A stretch of 63,497 nucleotides of DNA, counting the filler, from Lenisia limosa (lineage: Eukaryota; Protista; Breviatea): the NCBI GenBank assembly GCA_001655205.1. It is 7 parts of 7 records of this genome, joined end to end, with 100 filler letters (N's around TTAATTAATTAA, not from the genome) between each part and the next. Parts side by side here need not be neighbours in the genome. Positions count along the whole stretch, not along the records: positions 61,572 to 63,497 come from LPNZ01002986.1; 6 more parts are not named here. The stretch is one strand, 5' to 3'. The notes under the pieces were generated by a model, which searched no databases, had not been told where the DNA came from, and worked only from the letters and a program-made list of their open reading frames with translations. Each line of letters starts with the position of its first letter. The stretch's first letter is position 1. Made by a program: the position numbers and the translations under genes. Below are positions 61,572 through 63,497 of this stretch, in pieces.

Positions 61572-63350
61572 TTGCTGATGATGCTGCCGATCCCTATTAC
61601 ACTGAACTCCTCCTGTCAAGCCCCGCAAGTTGGTGGGAATGTCCCGGGTCGGGGGTTTTTTATTGTTGTTATTTTGTTTGAAAAGACAAAGAGAAAAAAA
61701 AGACTAAATTTCTCGATAAATCTTCGAAAACTATCGATATTTTCCCGGTCTTTTTCGAACCGAAGTGAAGCTAGCTATGAATGTAGTTCGGCTTTATAAC
61801 AAATGCTCTAATGAGCTTTGCATGTTTATGAACTAGGCTATGCAAATGGGTTTGATCATATTTGATCCCTTGTTGATGTGATGAGGATGTGGGCGGCTTT
61901 GACCAGATTCTAACTTAATAATCAATCCTAATCAAGTATACAACCCACAAAGGATGCGGAGCTGCAGAAGCGACTTACCTGGGCTTNNNNNNNNNNNNNN
62001 NNNNNNNNNNNNNNNNNNNNNNNNNNNNNNNNNNNNNNNNNNNNNNNNNNNNNNNNNNNNNNNNNNNNNNNNNNNNNNNNNNNNNNNNNNNNNNNNNNNN
62101 NNNNNNNNNNNNNNNNTGACGGTCTACAAATCGCCATTACGGCCCCCCTTCCTATCCCCGTGGGTGTTTACATCATATTCATCTTCCTCTCCCCACGCGC
62201 GGGGGCTTATAAACATGATTGTGTGGACGGTTTGGCCAGATACAATCTTGTTTATTTATCATTCCTTGTGTGGGGAGGCACACAGAAAGCTGTGCACACA
62301 GAGCTGGAAGACAAATGAATGGGTGAATTCATACTCATGCCCCCTTCTCCACCTTACCAGACTTCCCCTCACCCCCCCCTCCCTGCAGAACGAGATGGAG
62401 TACAACATGACCTCAGGATCCGNNNNNNNNNNNNNNNNNNNNNNNNNNNNNNNNNNNNNNNNNNNNNNNNNNNNNNNNNNNNNNNNNNNNNNNNNNNNNN
62501 NNNNNNNNNNNNNNNNNNNNNNNCTGTGGGTTTTTTTAGGGTTTCACTTCGGTTCAGAAAGACGGAATTCTCGATAAATCCTCGATACTATCGATATTTA
62601 CTGGTATTTTTCGGACCGAAGATTTTTTTTTTTTTTTTTTTGCAGTAAAGTTTTTATTGCAACTAGGATAGACACATAAAAGAAAGAGAAAAGAAAAGAA
62701 ATAATTGCAGTAAAGTTTCTATTGAAACCTGGATCATAATATACATCTATAAACCAGCATCTACAAGCTCCATATGTGGTCATAGACAGATACAATGAGA
62801 TATATCATTTATATGTAGTCGGTATGATTTAGATCATGTCCGACCGATTCTCCATTCAACCCCCTGTTTTTGTCGTTTTCTATGGGTGTTTCTTGTGTAT
62901 AGTTCAACCGCTGGATCCTTATCCCATATCGTGAAGGTGTGGAAGGTTTCGGCCATATGCAACCTTGTTTGTTTCTTATCTCTAAAACTTACCCCGTCAG
63001 TTCCTCGATTTTGGTCAGTACGGCGCACTCGCTCCACCTAGTCGCGACAATGGAAGACTGAGAGCGTTCAAGCACTTCTTTGGAGCCCTGTCGCTCTTTT
63101 TCCAGAAGCTCAGCTGTAAATATACCCATGTAAGCCCTTGTTGTTTCAATCATTCCATGTTTATTTTTTTTATTCTGAGTTTTTTTTTTTTTTTTCCTAA
63201 AATTGTATATTCTTCTCTCTCTCTCCCGTCACTCCTCCCCAGGCGCACCTGTGCAAGTTCTTTGTGGGGGTGCGGCCGTACAGCGACGTTGACAGTTACC
63301 CCTGGCCTGAGGATGAAGGAGCTAAGAAAAAGTTGGGTGTATTCTATGAT
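61572..63350 (+). CDS. Internal coding exons, possibly a continuation of the Furry-like gene
   Basis: Open exons ADDAADPYYTELLLSSPAS, FLDFGQYGALAPPSRDNGRLRAFKHFFGALSLFFQKLS and AHLCKFFVGVRPYSDVDSYPGLRMKELRK with GT/AG borders. Confidence 0.5.
62539..62621. mobile_element. R2 MITE (3' end truncated); other copies or fragments at ~19071-19143, 21429-21525, 21712-21748, 22100-22150, 27787-27901, 28476-28554, 31450-31490, 61695-61771 and 63388-63474
   Basis: Shared TIR GGG(C/T)TTCACTTCGGTTC and core CTCGATAAATC(C/T)TCGAAAACTATCGATATTT. Confidence 0.8.
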
Positions 63351-63497
63351 ACAAACTATCCATATTACAAATTATGTAAGTTAGATTGGGCTTCACTTCG
63401 GTTCGAAAAAAAGACTGAATTTCTTAAATCTTCGAAAATAATATTTTACCGGTTTTTTTCGAACGGAAGTCACCTCCCCCATTCCAATCAAATAATC

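Overview
Eukaryotic, intron-dense genomic DNA (GT-AG introns, short exons, apparently standard code), probably from a flagellated microbial eukaryote; the taxon cannot be determined here. The window is seven pieces joined by artificial 100-nt spacers (44 N + TTAATTAATTAA + 44 N), so neighbourhoods across those joins are unreliable. By manual splicing I can support: two coiled-coil genes; a multi-TM class III nucleotide cyclase-like gene with degenerate catalytic motifs; tRNA-Leu(AAG) (truncated); SRP68 (5' part); an unknown multi-pass membrane gene; a HYDIN-like ASH/PapD Ig-repeat gene; a Cid1/TUTase-type nucleotidyltransferase; a secreted Sushi-like + RCC1-repeat gene; a secreted Cys-rich gene; and a long Furry/Tao3-like gene. 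The most unusual signal is intronic. Family R1 (~130 nt, >=12 copies or fragments) is mostly sense-oriented and often supplies the pyrimidine/C tract and AG acceptor, making up most of one intron (Introner-like). A second acceptor module (R1b) also recurs. There is a ~95-bp TA-flanked hairpin MITE family (R2), a family with a C(UUCG)G hairpin (R3) and a ~600-bp foldback array of a 13-mer. G-runs sit directly behind many 5' splice sites, while acceptors are often C-rich. All protein identities come from motif recognition by eye, not database searches, and exon boundaries are manual predictions.
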